Source: Rhodospirillaceae bacterium
GTDB lineage: Bacteria; Pseudomonadota; Alphaproteobacteria; Rhodospirillales; Rhodospirillaceae
DNA: 64,000 bases
Direction: 5' to 3'
Assembly: GCA_029245025.1 (NCBI GenBank)
Contig: JAQWQC010000008.1
Location: 44,734 to 108,733 of the forward strand
A program made the translations under genes and the position numbers. The notes below the pieces were generated by a model. That model ran no database searches. It was not told the origin of the DNA and saw only the letters and a list, made by a program, of their open reading frames with translations. This document shows positions 27,130 to 38,229 of the stretch, piece after piece (positions within the stretch are counted from its first letter, which is position 1; every line of letters starts with the position of its first letter).

Positions 27130-28794
27130 TCACTGCGAGGCAGGCAAGCGCACACAAAAAAGTGCACCAGCATCAGATGTATTTTCAGCGGAAATGGTGC
27201 CGCCGTGCGCCTCGACGATTTGCTTGGATATCGATAAGCCCAAGCCCGAATGCATGCCAAATTTCTCTTTCTCTGGCCGCTCTGAATAAAACCGGCTGAA
27301 CACGGCCTCTTCTTTGCCTTTTGGAATGCCCGGGCCTTGATCTTTTACTTCTATGAGTATCGACCCGCTGTCTCTTCTGCCAGCAATAAATATTTTTCCG
27401 CCGTCTGGACTGAAGGACGCGGCATTACCAATCAAGTTTCTCAGAACTTGTGCAAGCCGATCTTCAAGTCCTGTCACTGATAAATCGTCATTGATAGGCA
27501 AATCTAACTCTAGTTGAGGGGCGCCCTCAGCATCATTTGAGTTGTTTATGTCGGTGAGTGTTTTCAGAAGTGCTGAAATGCTGACTGACTCGCTTTCGGC
27601 ACGTGACAGTTCTGCATCGAGACGGGAAGCATCCGATATGTCAGATATTAATCGATCCAGTCGTCCCACATCATCCTTGATAATGCCCATAAGTTGCTTC
27701 TGTTGTTCCGCGTTTTCTATGCGGGCCACGGTTTCCACGGCGCTTCGGAGAGAGGTCAGGGGGTTTTTGATCTCATGAGAAACATCGGCAGCAAATTGCT
27801 CAGTAGCATCCATGCGCAACCATAAACCTTCCGTCATATCTCTCAAAGCGCTGGACAGTGCGCCAATTTCGTCACGGCGCCTGCTGAGGTCTGGAATGTT
27901 GTGTTGACGGGTGCGTCCATCACGCACTCTGACGGCAGCTTCCGCTAAGCGCATAACCGGTCGGGCAATTGTTCCCGCAAGGTATAGAGAGAGCAAAACG
28001 GTTACGGCGAAGGTCCATGCAAAAATTGTGAGAATAGAACTGCGAACTTCGAACAAACGGGCTTCGACCGTTGCGTCATCTTCTGATACGAATACTGCGC
28101 CTACAATTTGTTTGTAGAATTGAACGGGCACCGCAACGGCTAATATTTTGCGACCACTTTCATCGATTCGCACAGCGCTTTCTGATTCGCCACGCTCAAG
28201 AGCGCCAATAACTTCTGCAAAACCGTATGCCATGCCATTTGGTTGCTCGATGTAGGGAGGGAGATCTTCATTGGCGCCAAGAAAAGATTCAACCCACGCG
28301 AGGGCGCGGCGTAGCACCTGCGAGAAAGCGTCATTATCTGCTGGCGCAAGGTCAACAACCCGCACTTCCCCACCTGGTCCACGTAAGAGACGGCTGTCGG
28401 CGATTAAACCACCACCAACTGCGTACAGGCGAGCCCTGATGTCGGCAAGTTCGGCTAGGCGACGTACCAATTGTCGTGCGGCATCTTGATCAATCCGGCG
28501 AGTGGCGCCGGCGGGCATGAAGGCGCCAAAGGCTTGGCTCTCTGTTTCAATAACGACCGCGCCTTCACCAAGGGAGGCTGCAATCAGCTCTCCTTCGGTT
28601 CGCAAGGAATCGATCTCAGTGGCAATCAATGACTGTTCATATTCGTCGAGGAACAACAAGCCCAGGCCCAGGAGCACAGGCGCGACAAGATTGACTGCTA
28701 GGATTCGACGGGTCAGAAGCGACAGCGCTGGGCTTCGAGGACGTTTCTGCCTCTCAGTTGATGGGGCAATGCGTAGCTCTTGGTCGGCGCGCAC
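27130..28794 (-). CDS. chvG: sensor histidine kinase ChvG/ExoS/BvrS family
   Basis: Two TM segments flank a periplasmic domain. Intact H-box SHEIKNPLTSL and G-box GLGLSI. Directly downstream of a chvI-like regulator. GTG start. Confidence 0.85.
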   Translation of the reverse strand: MRADQELRIAPSTERQKRPRSPALSLLTRRILAVNLVAPVLLGLGLLFLDEYEQSLIATEIDSLRTEGELIAASLGEGAVVIETESQAFGAFMPAGATRRIDQDAARQLVRRLAELADIRARLYAVGGGLIADSRLLRGPGGEVRVVDLAPADNDAFSQVLRRALAWVESFLGANEDLPPYIEQPNGMAYGFAEVIGALERGESESAVRIDESGRKILAVAVPVQFYKQIVGAVFVSEDDATVEARLFEVRSSILTIFAWTFAVTVLLSLYLAGTIARPVMRLAEAAVRVRDGRTRQHNIPDLSRRRDEIGALSSALRDMTEGLWLRMDATEQFAADVSHEIKNPLTSLRSAVETVARIENAEQQKQLMGIIKDDVGRLDRLISDISDASRLDAELSRAESESVSISALLKTLTDINNSNDAEGAPQLELDLPINDDLSVTGLEDRLAQVLRNLIGNAASFSPDGGKIFIAGRRDSGSILIEVKDQGPGIPKGKEEAVFSRFYSERPEKEKFGMHSGLGLSISKQIVEAHGGTISAENTSDAGALFCVRLPASQ

Positions 28795-28827
28795 GTAGCA
28801 TTCCTTATTAGCGCCGACACTGACGAC

Positions 28828-29532
28828 TTAGGCGGCGGTTTCCCGATACTTATATCCTACGCCATACAGTGTCTCGATGTTGGCAAACTCTTCATCTGCG
28901 CGACGGAATTTCTTTCGCAGACGCTTGATGTGGCTGTCGATGGTACGGTCGTCGACATAAATGTTTTCGCCATAGGCAGCGTCGATGAGTTGATCGCGGC
29001 TTTTCACATGCCCGGGGCGTGCTGCGAGAGCCTGGATGATGAGGAACTCTGTAACGGTCAGGTTGACCGCTTTACCCCTCCATTTGCACACGTGTTGGGC
29101 GGGGTCGAGGGTCATATCGCCACGCTTGATGGCTGTTTCAGATTCACTACCGCCATCGTTCTTCTGCGCTTCGATACGTCGCATTACGGCTTTGATTCGC
29201 TCGATCAGCAGCCGTTGGGAGAACGGCTTCTTAATGTAGTCATCGGCTCCCATGCGCAAGCCATGCAGTTCGTCGACTTCATCATCTTTTGAGGTGAGAA
29301 AAATGACCGGTGTCGGGGCTTTGTCCTGCAGCCGCTGCAATAGTTCAATGCCATCCATTCTGGGCATTTTAATATCAAGAACGGCGAGGTCGACAGGGGC
29401 GTCGACGATACCCCGCAGAGCCTCAGTGCCGTCGCGATAGGTCGTGACATCGAATCCTTCCTGTTCCAGAACAATCGACACTGACGTCAGGATGTTGCGG
29501 TCATCGTCGACCAATGCGATTCGGTTAGTCAC
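28828..29532 (-). CDS. chvI: OmpR-family response regulator ChvI/BvrR family
   Basis: [15 protein letters not shown] and DIKMPRMDG receiver motifs plus a winged-helix C-terminus. GTG 29532 has AAGGGGG 9 nt upstream; the ORF track starts at TTG 29562. Confidence 0.9.
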   Translation of the reverse strand: MTNRIALVDDDRNILTSVSIVLEQEGFDVTTYRDGTEALRGIVDAPVDLAVLDIKMPRMDGIELLQRLQDKAPTPVIFLTSKDDEVDELHGLRMGADDYIKKPFSQRLLIERIKAVMRRIEAQKNDGGSESETAIKRGDMTLDPAQHVCKWRGKAVNLTVTEFLIIQALAARPGHVKSRDQLIDAAYGENIYVDDRTIDSHIKRLRKKFRRADEEFANIETLYGVGYKYRETAA

Positions 29533-29835
29533 GGTGGTATACCCCCTTAGTTTATTCTTCAAAGCACCCCCTGGGCGCGAAAAACAACCGAAAGCCTTGG
29601 TTTCTCGCCTTTAAGAGATACCCCATATCATAGCCATATTATGGCAGAATTACTGCTTGAGCGTGCCCGATTTTCGCCGCAATTGGTTTCTTACATAATA
29701 TTCAGAAAGGCGTTTTCGACCTGTTGCGCCTGTTCATCCTAGGGGGTATGAAGGCCCAAATACAGCCGGTCGGGCAGGGTTTCCTGCCCGGAGTCGGCTT
29801 TCCTTTTATTTAGGCTTCTCGGGAGGGGTCTCGCG
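29533..29835. promoter_or_regulatory. divergent chvI / pckA control region
   Basis: 303-bp non-coding spacer between divergent genes. Contains the perfect inverted repeat GCCATA-T-TATGGC (29633-29645) and an 8-bp GC-rich hairpin CGGGCAGG-GTTT-CCTGCCCG (29771-29790). No promoter could be assigned with confidence. Confidence 0.4.
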
Positions 29836-31443
29836 GTGAGTAATGAAGGTCACGTGGTCAGTTCATTCGGGCTAGATAAAAACGGCATTAATTCGTCTGG
29901 CAAGGTCCACTGGAATTTTGGTTCGGCCCAGCTGATTGAAACGGCTGTTCGGCGAAACGAAGGCTCACTGTCAAAAGACGGAGCGTTGGTTTGCTTAACT
30001 GGGCAACACACAGGGCGGTCCCCAAATGACAAATTTATCGTCAAGGACTCCGAAACTGAGACAACAGTCGACTGGGGTAAAGTTAACGTTCCGATGACAT
30101 CAGAGCACTTTGATGCTCTCCATAAAAAGATCCTTGCGCACATGTCGGCCAAGGATCTTTTTGTTCAAGACTGCTATGCAGGAGCCGACCCAGAAAATCG
30201 GCTGCGCGTTCGCGTCGTCAATGAAAACGCATGGCACAACCTTTTCGCCCGGAACATGTTTATCCAACCGGGAGATGAAGACCTCGCGAACTTTGAGCCT
30301 GATTTCACTGTCTTGCAGGCGCCTTCTTGTCACGCGGACCCAGCCAACCATGGCACGAATTCTGAAGTGTTTGTGGTTGTGAATTTCTCCAAGAAACTGG
30401 TCCTCATCGGCGGCACTATTTATGCCGGTGAAATTAAAAAATCTGTTTTCTCGATTCTTAATTACATTCTGCCAGCACGTGGGGTTCTGCCCATGCACTG
30501 CTCTGCCAATATTGGTGAAGATGGAAACAGTGCGATTTTCTTTGGCTTGTCTGGCACCGGAAAAACAACTTTATCGGCGGACCAGTCGCGTGTCCTTATC
30601 GGCGATGATGAGCACGGTTGGAGCGACAACGGCGTGTTTAACTTCGAAGGTGGCTGCTACGCTAAAGTGATCAATCTCTCTGAAGAAGCAGAACCAGAAA
30701 TTTACGGAACGACACGGACATTCGGCACCATTCTCGAGAACGTGGTGATGGACCCGGTCACCCGCGCTCTAGATCTCGATGACGGATCTTTGACGGAGAA
30801 CACTCGGGCCTCCTACCCAATTGATTTTATTCCCAACACATCAGAGACCGGTTTCGGCCCCCAGCCTAAAAACATCATTATGTTGACGGCTGATGCTTTT
30901 GGTGTGTTGCCGCCAATTTCAAAGCTGACGCCAGAGCAGGCGATGTATCACTTCCTTTCCGGCTACACAGCCAAAGTTGCAGGCACAGAAAAAGGTGTGA
31001 AAGAACCGCAAGCGGCATTCTCAACCTGTTTTGGTGCGCCCTTTATGCCGCGTCATCCGACCGCGTATGCAAAGTTGCTCGGTGAAAAGATGGAACAGAC
31101 TGGCGCGACCTGTTGGTTGGTGAATACCGGATGGTCTGGCGGCGGTTATGGCGTTGGTAGGCGCATGCAAATTAAGTACACCAGAGCCATGCTCAACGCA
31201 GCGCTCGACGGCACACTTGATTCCGGTGACTTCAAGCCTGATCCTAATTTTGGTCTTTTGGTGCCGACGTCCTGCCCCGGTGTGCCAGATGACGTGTTGC
31301 AACCAAAATCAACCTGGGACGACCAGGGTGCGTATGACACAGCAGCACAAGACGTCGCTAAACGCTTTGAAAACAATTTCAAACAGTTCGAAGAGCACGT
31401 TGACGATGAGGTTATGGCGACGGCTATTCGTTCCGCTGCGTAA
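29836..31443 (+). CDS. pckA: phosphoenolpyruvate carboxykinase (ATP)
   Basis: Kinase-1a motif [11 protein letters not shown], 535 aa. GTG start with GGGAGGGG 7 nt upstream. Confidence 0.95.
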   Translation: MSNEGHVVSSFGLDKNGINSSGKVHWNFGSAQLIETAVRRNEGSLSKDGALVCLTGQHTGRSPNDKFIVKDSETETTVDWGKVNVPMTSEHFDALHKKILAHMSAKDLFVQDCYAGADPENRLRVRVVNENAWHNLFARNMFIQPGDEDLANFEPDFTVLQAPSCHADPANHGTNSEVFVVVNFSKKLVLIGGTIYAGEIKKSVFSILNYILPARGVLPMHCSANIGEDGNSAIFFGLSGTGKTTLSADQSRVLIGDDEHGWSDNGVFNFEGGCYAKVINLSEEAEPEIYGTTRTFGTILENVVMDPVTRALDLDDGSLTENTRASYPIDFIPNTSETGFGPQPKNIIMLTADAFGVLPPISKLTPEQAMYHFLSGYTAKVAGTEKGVKEPQAAFSTCFGAPFMPRHPTAYAKLLGEKMEQTGATCWLVNTGWSGGGYGVGRRMQIKYTRAMLNAALDGTLDSGDFKPDPNFGLLVPTSCPGVPDDVLQPKSTWDDQGAYDTAAQDVAKRFENNFKQFEEHVDDEVMATAIRSAA

Positions 31444-31446
31444 CCT

Positions 31447-32985
31447 TTATTGCGAGTTGTCCGGCTCAAGACGTCGAAGCTCAAGGATGGCGCCCTGGTA
31501 CTCGATCAAGTCATGTGAACCTCTTGCTGCGGCTGCTGAAAAGCTGTCACGCGCGAGGATCATGTCTCCTGCTGCCAACGCCAATTGTCCGATGACAAAA
31601 TGAGCTTCTGTGAGGCGATTGTGAGACTCTGCAGGGTCACGCGTAGCCTCATTTAATACGGTTTCAATTGCCACCTGACCTTCAAGACCGTCGACCAATG
31701 CACCGGGCCATTGGGTGGGGTCTATGCCTTTGGTCATACGGGTCAACTCTATTTCAGAGTCTGTTTTTCCGGACCGCTTGGCAGCTATGAACCGCCAAAT
31801 TGAATCCGTCGACCTTGGAGCTGGCAGGGAGTCGAAGTCAGTTACCGCGGCTTCGAAGTCACCTGCCAATAGTTGAGCTTGTGCCCTACGGCGTTTGGCT
31901 AGCACCAGTGAGGGGTCTGAGTCTAACGCCACCGTGAAGTCGGTGATGGCCTCCAGCGGACGCCCCATGGCCAATCGGGCTAGGCCGCGATTCAACCGTG
32001 TGTCCGCATCGTTTGGAAAGGTCGCCAATACGTCGTCAAAATCTTGTTCAGCTGCCGCATACTTTTGTTGAGCAAAACGTGCGCTTCCCCGAAACAGGCT
32101 GACTCGTTGATTATTTGTGGTGGCGCTTAGCACGGCGCTGAAATCCTTCTCCGCATCCTCAGGTTTCTCTGCAAATAAATGTGCGACGCCACGGGCTTCT
32201 TGCGCTTCCATGTTCTCAGGTTGTTCAGCAAGAATAGCGCTATAGTCTGATATCGCTGCGGCAAAATTTTTAACTTGGCCGTGTGCGGCGGCGCGGATCA
32301 TCCGTATTTCAATGTTGTTTGGAGTTTGATTCAATAGGATATCGAAGGTCTGAATGGCAGATTCGGGTAGTCCAGATCTGAGTTGTGCGGTACCCAGCAG
32401 ACTCAAGCTTGCTCTGTCAGAGTCATCAAGCGCCACGGCTCGTTGTAATTCGTAAACTGCAGATACCGCGTCGCCCGAGCGCAAGAACGTGCGTCCACGC
32501 ACGCGATAAGGGCCAGGATCATTTGGCTTAAGTCGGCGAGCTTCGCCGAGATCGGTCATGGCCATATCTGTTTGTCCAATGCCAAGCAAAATTTTCGCGC
32601 GTAAGAGGTAGGCGTCGGCGAGCCCGGGGTCGGCCCCAATGACCAGATCGAGGTCATCAAGAGCATCGTTGTTTCGGCCGATGAATGAGAGCAGTCGGGC
32701 GCGGGTCAAGCGACCTTTGTTATCGATTCCACCGAGCCTTTCAGCTTCATCAATATCGAAGAGCGCCGCATTAAGGTTGCGATTTTGGCGATGAATCTCA
32801 GACCGTGCTAGAAGCGCACGTGATCTCAGATCTGGATTTAATTTTAAATCTTGGATATTTGCCGTGCAGGCGGTGAGGCGGTCTATGATATCGATTGCCG
32901 CTGCAAAGCAATCCATTTGAGCGGCGCGGGTGGGAAAAAAATAAAGGGCGGCTGAAAGTCCAACGCTGAGGAGGATGATCCGCAT
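31447..32985 (-). CDS. secreted tetratricopeptide-repeat protein
   Basis: N-terminal signal-like MRIILLSVGLSAALYFFPTRAA, then many ~34-aa A/L/Y/D-rich repeats. Confidence 0.8.
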   Translation of the reverse strand: MRIILLSVGLSAALYFFPTRAAQMDCFAAAIDIIDRLTACTANIQDLKLNPDLRSRALLARSEIHRQNRNLNAALFDIDEAERLGGIDNKGRLTRARLLSFIGRNNDALDDLDLVIGADPGLADAYLLRAKILLGIGQTDMAMTDLGEARRLKPNDPGPYRVRGRTFLRSGDAVSAVYELQRAVALDDSDRASLSLLGTAQLRSGLPESAIQTFDILLNQTPNNIEIRMIRAAAHGQVKNFAAAISDYSAILAEQPENMEAQEARGVAHLFAEKPEDAEKDFSAVLSATTNNQRVSLFRGSARFAQQKYAAAEQDFDDVLATFPNDADTRLNRGLARLAMGRPLEAITDFTVALDSDPSLVLAKRRRAQAQLLAGDFEAAVTDFDSLPAPRSTDSIWRFIAAKRSGKTDSEIELTRMTKGIDPTQWPGALVDGLEGQVAIETVLNEATRDPAESHNRLTEAHFVIGQLALAAGDMILARDSFSAAAARGSHDLIEYQGAILELRRLEPDNSQ

Positions 32986-32997
32986 TGTTTGGCTCTG

Positions 32998-35802
32998 CTA
33001 GTGTGCTTCAGCCCAGTTCGCCCCGCAGCCCGCATCGGCGACCAGCGGAACATCCAACTGCGCTGCACCCTCCATAACTTTCTTCACCACGGTTATCGTG
33101 TCTTCGATTTCTTTGTCTGGGACTTCAAAAATCAATTCATCGTGGACTTGAAGCAGCATGGTGGCGCTTAACCCCGCGTCGGCCAACGCATAGGGCAGAC
33201 GAATCATGGCTCGCTTGATAATGTCAGCGGCCCCACCTTGTATGGGCGCGTTGATAGCGGAGCGCTCAGAGAACCCACGAACGTTCTGGTTGCGGTCTTT
33301 GATCCCTGGGGTTTGGCACCGCCGACCGAACATAGTCGTGACATAACCTTGCCTTTTAGCAATAGCTTTGGTTTCGTCCATGTAGGTTCTGATTTCAGGG
33401 AACTGTTCAAAGTAGGCGTCAATAAAGTCTTTGGCTTCACTGCGTGGGATCGATAGCTGTCTTGCCAAACCAAAGGCAGAAATACCGTAGATGATTCCGA
33501 AGTTAATCGCTTTGGCTTGGCGGCGGATCATCGGGTCCATGCCCTCGATCTGCACGCCAAACATTTTAGAAGCCGTTGCAGCGTGAATGTCTTCACCGTT
33601 TTTGAAGGCGTCTTTCAATGCTTTGATATTTGCTACATGGGCGACAAGTCGCAGTTCAATCTGGCTGTAGTCAGCTGACACCAGCGACATGCCTTTTTCG
33701 GCAATGAATGCGGTGCGAATCTTGCGCCCTTCTTCAGTACGGATGGGGATGTTTTGCAGATTGGGATCGTTTGAGCTCAGGCGCCCGGTTGATGCTACGG
33801 TTTGAGAGTACGACGTATGTACCCGACCGGTATTTGGGTTGATCTGGTTTTGCAGTGCGTCTGTGTAGGTGCTTTTTAGCTTGGTGACTTGGCGCCAGCC
33901 CAAAACTTTGGCTGGCAGGTCGTGGCCCTGCGCAGCGAGATCCTCGAGTACATCTGCTCCGGTCGCCCAAGCCCCAGACTTACCGGTTTTTTTGCCGCCT
34001 TCGATAGACATCTCGTCAAATAAAATCTCACCAAGCTGTTTCGGTGACCCGACATTGAATTCTCGCCCAGCCAGTTTGTGTATCTCAGTTTCTAAATCTG
34101 CTGCGCGGCTGGCGAAGTCTTGGCTCATAGCTTTGAGGACACCAACGTCCGTTTTGATACCAGCTGCTTCCATGTCGACGAGAATCGGAATCAAGGCGCG
34201 GTCCAGGCCCTCGTAGACTGCTGTTAGCCTGTCCTCGACCAAACGTGGCTTTAGAATCTGTTGAAGACGAAGTGTGATGTCGGCGTCTTCTGCTGCATAA
34301 TCCGTGGCGGTTTCCAGAGGAACTTGATCAAAGGTGATCTGGTTTTTGCCCTTACCGCAGACCTCGGAGAATTTTATCGGCTTGTGGCCCAAATGCAGAT
34401 TAGCCAATTCGTCCATGCCATGTCCGTGCGACGACCCATCAAGAACGTAGGACAGCACCATAGTGTCGTCCACGGGGGTAACCCCTATCCCGTAGCGGCG
34501 GAGGACATGCAAGTCGTATTTTATGTTCTGTCCAACTTTGAGAACGCCCGGGCTCTCTAGTAGTGGCTTTAATTTGGCGATGGCCTTTTTGAGCGGAATT
34601 TGTTTTGGCGCTTCTTTGGTGGCCTCACCATTCTCTCCCAGGTCCAGCGCGCCTTGCACGCCACTGCCCGTATGACCGAGGGGGATGTAACACCCATTAC
34701 CAGGCTCGGTAGAAATCGAAACTCCTACGAGGTTTGAGCGAAACGCATCCAAGGCATCGGTTTCCGTGTCAACGGCGATTGTGCCAGCTTTGAAAGCGCG
34801 CTCGATCCATTTGTCCAGGGCTTTGGCGTCTTGCACAAGTTCGTATTCGGCCTCTTCTTTCATCGCCGCGGCTTGAATTGCTGGGCTGGCTACTGCGTCA
34901 CCGCCCCCTAGTTCTGTTCCTAATTCAGTCGCGACCTTTGTCGCCAAGCTCCTGAAGCCTTGGTCTTTCAGCCAGTCTAAAAGAACGCTTGGTTCTGGCG
35001 CCTGCCAACCGAAGTCATCCAACTTAGTTGTGACCGGCACATCGTCTTTTAATGTCACAAGCTCTTTGGAGATGCGTGCAAGGTCTGCGAACTCAATTAA
35101 ATTTTCGCGACGCTTGTTTTGCTTAATTTCGCTGGCGCGTTCGAGCAGTGTTTCTAGGTCGCCGTATTCGTTGAGTAAGAGTGCGGCGGTTTTGACGCCA
35201 ATACCCGGAACACCGGGCACGTTGTCTGCTGAGTCACCGGCGAGGGCCTGTACGTCGATGACCTTATTGGGCGGAACACCAAATTTCTCCATCACTTGAT
35301 GAGGACCGATAACGCGCTGCTTCATGGGATCAAGCATTTCGACATTGTCGCCGACAAGCTGCATTAAATCTTTGTCCGCTGAGACGACAGTGACCTTAAG
35401 CCCCTGTTCCTTACCCAAGCGAGCGTAGGTGGCGATCAGGTCGTCGGCCTCAAATCCTTTCATGTCGATGCAGGCAACGTTAAAGGCTCGGGTTGCGTCG
35501 CGAATCAGATCGAACTGCGGAAGGAGGTCTTCGGGTGTTTCATCCCGGTTCGCCTTGTAGTCCGGATAAATTTCATTGCGAAAGGTAATGCGTCCTGCGT
35601 CGAAAATAATGGCAATTAACTCTGTTTCATTTTTGTCCAGCAGATCGTCCATCAGCTTCATCAGCATGTTGGAGAAACCGTAGACTGCGTTGACCGGAAC
35701 GCCATCTGCCCGGGTCATCGGTGGGAGCGCGTGATAGGCCCGAAAAATATAGCCGGAACCGTCGACCAGGATCAGCCGGTCTGCCTTAGGAGGTGAGACC
35801 AT
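32998..35802 (-). CDS. polA: DNA polymerase I
   Basis: 934 aa. 5'-nuclease N-terminus LILVDGSGYIFRAYHA, motif A SADYSQIELR and motif C QVHDELIFE. Confidence 0.97.
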   Translation of the reverse strand: MVSPPKADRLILVDGSGYIFRAYHALPPMTRADGVPVNAVYGFSNMLMKLMDDLLDKNETELIAIIFDAGRITFRNEIYPDYKANRDETPEDLLPQFDLIRDATRAFNVACIDMKGFEADDLIATYARLGKEQGLKVTVVSADKDLMQLVGDNVEMLDPMKQRVIGPHQVMEKFGVPPNKVIDVQALAGDSADNVPGVPGIGVKTAALLLNEYGDLETLLERASEIKQNKRRENLIEFADLARISKELVTLKDDVPVTTKLDDFGWQAPEPSVLLDWLKDQGFRSLATKVATELGTELGGGDAVASPAIQAAAMKEEAEYELVQDAKALDKWIERAFKAGTIAVDTETDALDAFRSNLVGVSISTEPGNGCYIPLGHTGSGVQGALDLGENGEATKEAPKQIPLKKAIAKLKPLLESPGVLKVGQNIKYDLHVLRRYGIGVTPVDDTMVLSYVLDGSSHGHGMDELANLHLGHKPIKFSEVCGKGKNQITFDQVPLETATDYAAEDADITLRLQQILKPRLVEDRLTAVYEGLDRALIPILVDMEAAGIKTDVGVLKAMSQDFASRAADLETEIHKLAGREFNVGSPKQLGEILFDEMSIEGGKKTGKSGAWATGADVLEDLAAQGHDLPAKVLGWRQVTKLKSTYTDALQNQINPNTGRVHTSYSQTVASTGRLSSNDPNLQNIPIRTEEGRKIRTAFIAEKGMSLVSADYSQIELRLVAHVANIKALKDAFKNGEDIHAATASKMFGVQIEGMDPMIRRQAKAINFGIIYGISAFGLARQLSIPRSEAKDFIDAYFEQFPEIRTYMDETKAIAKRQGYVTTMFGRRCQTPGIKDRNQNVRGFSERSAINAPIQGGAADIIKRAMIRLPYALADAGLSATMLLQVHDELIFEVPDKEIEDTITVVKKVMEGAAQLDVPLVADAGCGANWAEAH

Positions 35803-35808
35803 ACAGAC

Positions 35809-35991
35809 TTACCCAGAGGCGGCGTTTGACGCCGATTCTAGGACGAAGCGTCTACTACAGTAGGGGCAATCCAAATAGCCTTCATCAGGCTTTATATTGA
35901 GAAAGACCCGCGGGTGACCAAGGGCGCCACCGCCACCGTCGCAGTCCACATTTGTGCGTTCTACTTCGACTGTTTCGACTGGGTCTGCCAT
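35809..35991 (-). CDS. zinc-finger (zf-CHCC) domain protein
   Basis: 60 aa from ATG 35991, reading VDCDGGGGALGHPRVFLNI...CPYCSRRF. The ORF track extends to 36129. Confidence 0.7.
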   Translation of the reverse strand: MADPVETVEVERTNVDCDGGGGALGHPRVFLNIKPDEGYLDCPYCSRRFVLESASNAASG

Positions 35992-36171
35992 AGGACTTAT
36001 CCGCTCATGATGGGTTAGGGTTTCACCTCTTTCTATGGCCTGCCCACTCGCTGGAGGCAACCCTATTTGAAGATCAAACAGAAGGGCCGTTGACCGGGCA
36101 GCGATACCGGTGATACCCAAACCGGTCACGTCGCTGAATTTGTTCCTTCCACTGAGATTGTTCGATCCGCT

Positions 36172-37164
36172 ATGCCTGATACCGCACCCGCGCTTGAGTC
36201 CAACGCCTCTAAGACCGAGCTCCCGGACCTTGCCATCTCAATTTCGGGTCTGACCAAGGTTTACGAGGGTGAAAATGGCCGTGAGAAAAAAGAAGCGCTA
36301 ACAAACGTTGATCTTGCCGTCCCTCGCGGGTCTTTCTTTGGCCTGCTCGGACCAAATGGTGCGGGTAAATCGACGATGATCAATATTATGGCGGGGCTAG
36401 TAAACAAAACGTCCGGCTCGGTGCGGTTGTGGGATTTCGAGATTGATCAACAAGAACGCCAGTCTCGCTGCGCCATCGGTATTGTGCCTCAGGAACTCAA
36501 CCTCGACCCCTTTTTCACACCGCGCGAAACCCTTGAAGTCCAAGCTGGTCTGTATGGCGTGCGACGACATGAACGCAGAACAGATGAAATTCTTGAGACT
36601 GTCGGTCTAAGCGATAAGGCGGATGCTTATTCTCGGACTTTATCCGGTGGAATGCGCCGCCGTCTGTTGATTGCTAAGGCGATGGTTCATAGCCCACCAA
36701 TTCTAGTGCTGGACGAGCCAACAGCTGGCGTGGATGTGGAGTTGCGCCAAACGCTTTGGAAATCAATTCGCGAGATGAACGCGCGTGGCACGACTATTCT
36801 TCTGACCACGCACTATCTCGAAGAAGCTGAGGAGTTGTGTGATCAGATTGCGATCATAAACCATGGTCGAGTGGTTGCCTGCGACACGACGGATACTCTT
36901 CTTAAGCAGCTTGATAATAAGACGGTCGTGCTTCTTCTCTCTGAAAATTTATCGGAGATCCCGCAGGCGATGCGCCGCTTTGATCCATGTCAGCCCACAG
37001 CTAATCAGCTGGAGATCACATATCGTCCATCGTCGACAGCTATGTTGGATATTCTGCAGACGGCCCAAGATATCAAACTACCTATCGCTGACATCGTGAC
37101 GGAAGAGGTTGATCTAGAAGATATCTTCTTGCAGCTCACAAGTTCTGAACCAAAGATGCCATGA
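36172..37164 (+). CDS. ABC transporter ATP-binding protein (ABC-2 type)
   Basis: Walker A GPNGAGKST, signature LSGGMRRRL and Walker B ILVLDEPT. Confidence 0.9.
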   Translation: MPDTAPALESNASKTELPDLAISISGLTKVYEGENGREKKEALTNVDLAVPRGSFFGLLGPNGAGKSTMINIMAGLVNKTSGSVRLWDFEIDQQERQSRCAIGIVPQELNLDPFFTPRETLEVQAGLYGVRRHERRTDEILETVGLSDKADAYSRTLSGGMRRRLLIAKAMVHSPPILVLDEPTAGVDVELRQTLWKSIREMNARGTTILLTTHYLEEAEELCDQIAIINHGRVVACDTTDTLLKQLDNKTVVLLLSENLSEIPQAMRRFDPCQPTANQLEITYRPSSTAMLDILQTAQDIKLPIADIVTEEVDLEDIFLQLTSSEPKMP

Positions 37165-38165
37165 GGGCACTGGTTGCGGTTTTCTGGGCCACCGCCTTGG
37201 CGGCTTGCGCACCACAAGTAGCGCCCACAGGTCCCTATTCAATAACACCTTCGATTTCAGAAACTATTTTTCGTACTGCTGACGGATTATCCCTCCCCAT
37301 AAGGCATTGGTTGCCTCCGGCAGAACCCAAGGGCGTGGTAATGGCGGTCCATGGGTTCAATGACTACAGCAAATCTTTCGACCTGGTGCCCGATGCGCCC
37401 GGCGTTGGCCCTGCTCTGGCTGCAAAAGGGTATGCTGTCTACGCTTATGACCAGCGCGGTTTTGGGAAGTCACCATACGTTGGGCTGTGGCCCGGAGAAA
37501 ACCAAATCGCGAGAGACTTTGCGGACTTCGCGCAAACACTTGATCGCCGGCACCCAAACATTCCGCTCTATGCAATCGGTGTGAGCATGGGGGGTGCAGT
37601 CATCATTACCGCGATGACGTTAGATGACCCGCCACCGGTTGATGCCACCGTGCTGGTCGCGCCAGCGGTCTGGTCGAGAAGCACGATGCCGTTTTCGTAT
37701 CGTGTTGCGTTATGGCTTGGCGCACATACCATGCCCAGTGCTAAACCGACAGGACGGGGGCTTGGGCGCCAAGCGAGCGACAACATAAAAATGTTGCGGG
37801 AAGCGTCGCGAGATCCTCTTTTTATAAAAGAGACGAGGATCGACAGTATCTACGGGCTGGCCAACTTGATGGACCTGGCCCAATCTAATATTGGGCGTAT
37901 GCCCATTCCCACTCTCTATGTCTACGGCGCCAAAGACCAAATCATTCCCAAGGACGCAACGGTAAAAGCGGTCGAGAAATTTCTCTCTGAACCTGAGGGT
38001 CGTCGTATCGCTTTCTATGACAAAGGGTGGCACATGATGCTGCGCGATCTCGACGCTGAAAGGGTGCTTGTCGACATTGACGCCTTTCTTAAAGACCCGT
38101 CACAACCGCTGCCATCCGGCGCCGATATTGATGCTGTTGAGCGCCTGAAAACGGCTAAAAAGTAG
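37161..38165 (+). CDS. alpha/beta hydrolase lipoprotein (lysophospholipase/monoacylglycerol-lipase-like)
   Basis: Lipobox ALAAC, HGFNDY and nucleophile elbow GVSMGG. ATGA overlap with the ABC ATPase gene. Confidence 0.8.
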   Translation: MRALVAVFWATALAACAPQVAPTGPYSITPSISETIFRTADGLSLPIRHWLPPAEPKGVVMAVHGFNDYSKSFDLVPDAPGVGPALAAKGYAVYAYDQRGFGKSPYVGLWPGENQIARDFADFAQTLDRRHPNIPLYAIGVSMGGAVIITAMTLDDPPPVDATVLVAPAVWSRSTMPFSYRVALWLGAHTMPSAKPTGRGLGRQASDNIKMLREASRDPLFIKETRIDSIYGLANLMDLAQSNIGRMPIPTLYVYGAKDQIIPKDATVKAVEKFLSEPEGRRIAFYDKGWHMMLRDLDAERVLVDIDAFLKDPSQPLPSGADIDAVERLKTAKK

Positions 38166-38229
38166 CTGATTTCTGCCTCATCCGTGATGGACAGAGAGAT
38201 AGGCTTTGTCTATTGTCCCCGCCTTCCGC

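Noticed and set aside
36172-37164. ABC-2-type ATPase without an adjacent permease gene; the next gene is an overlapping lipoprotein hydrolase.
   Set aside because: Orphan ABC ATPase genes with the permease encoded elsewhere are common. Nothing in the sequence suggests a novel arrangement.
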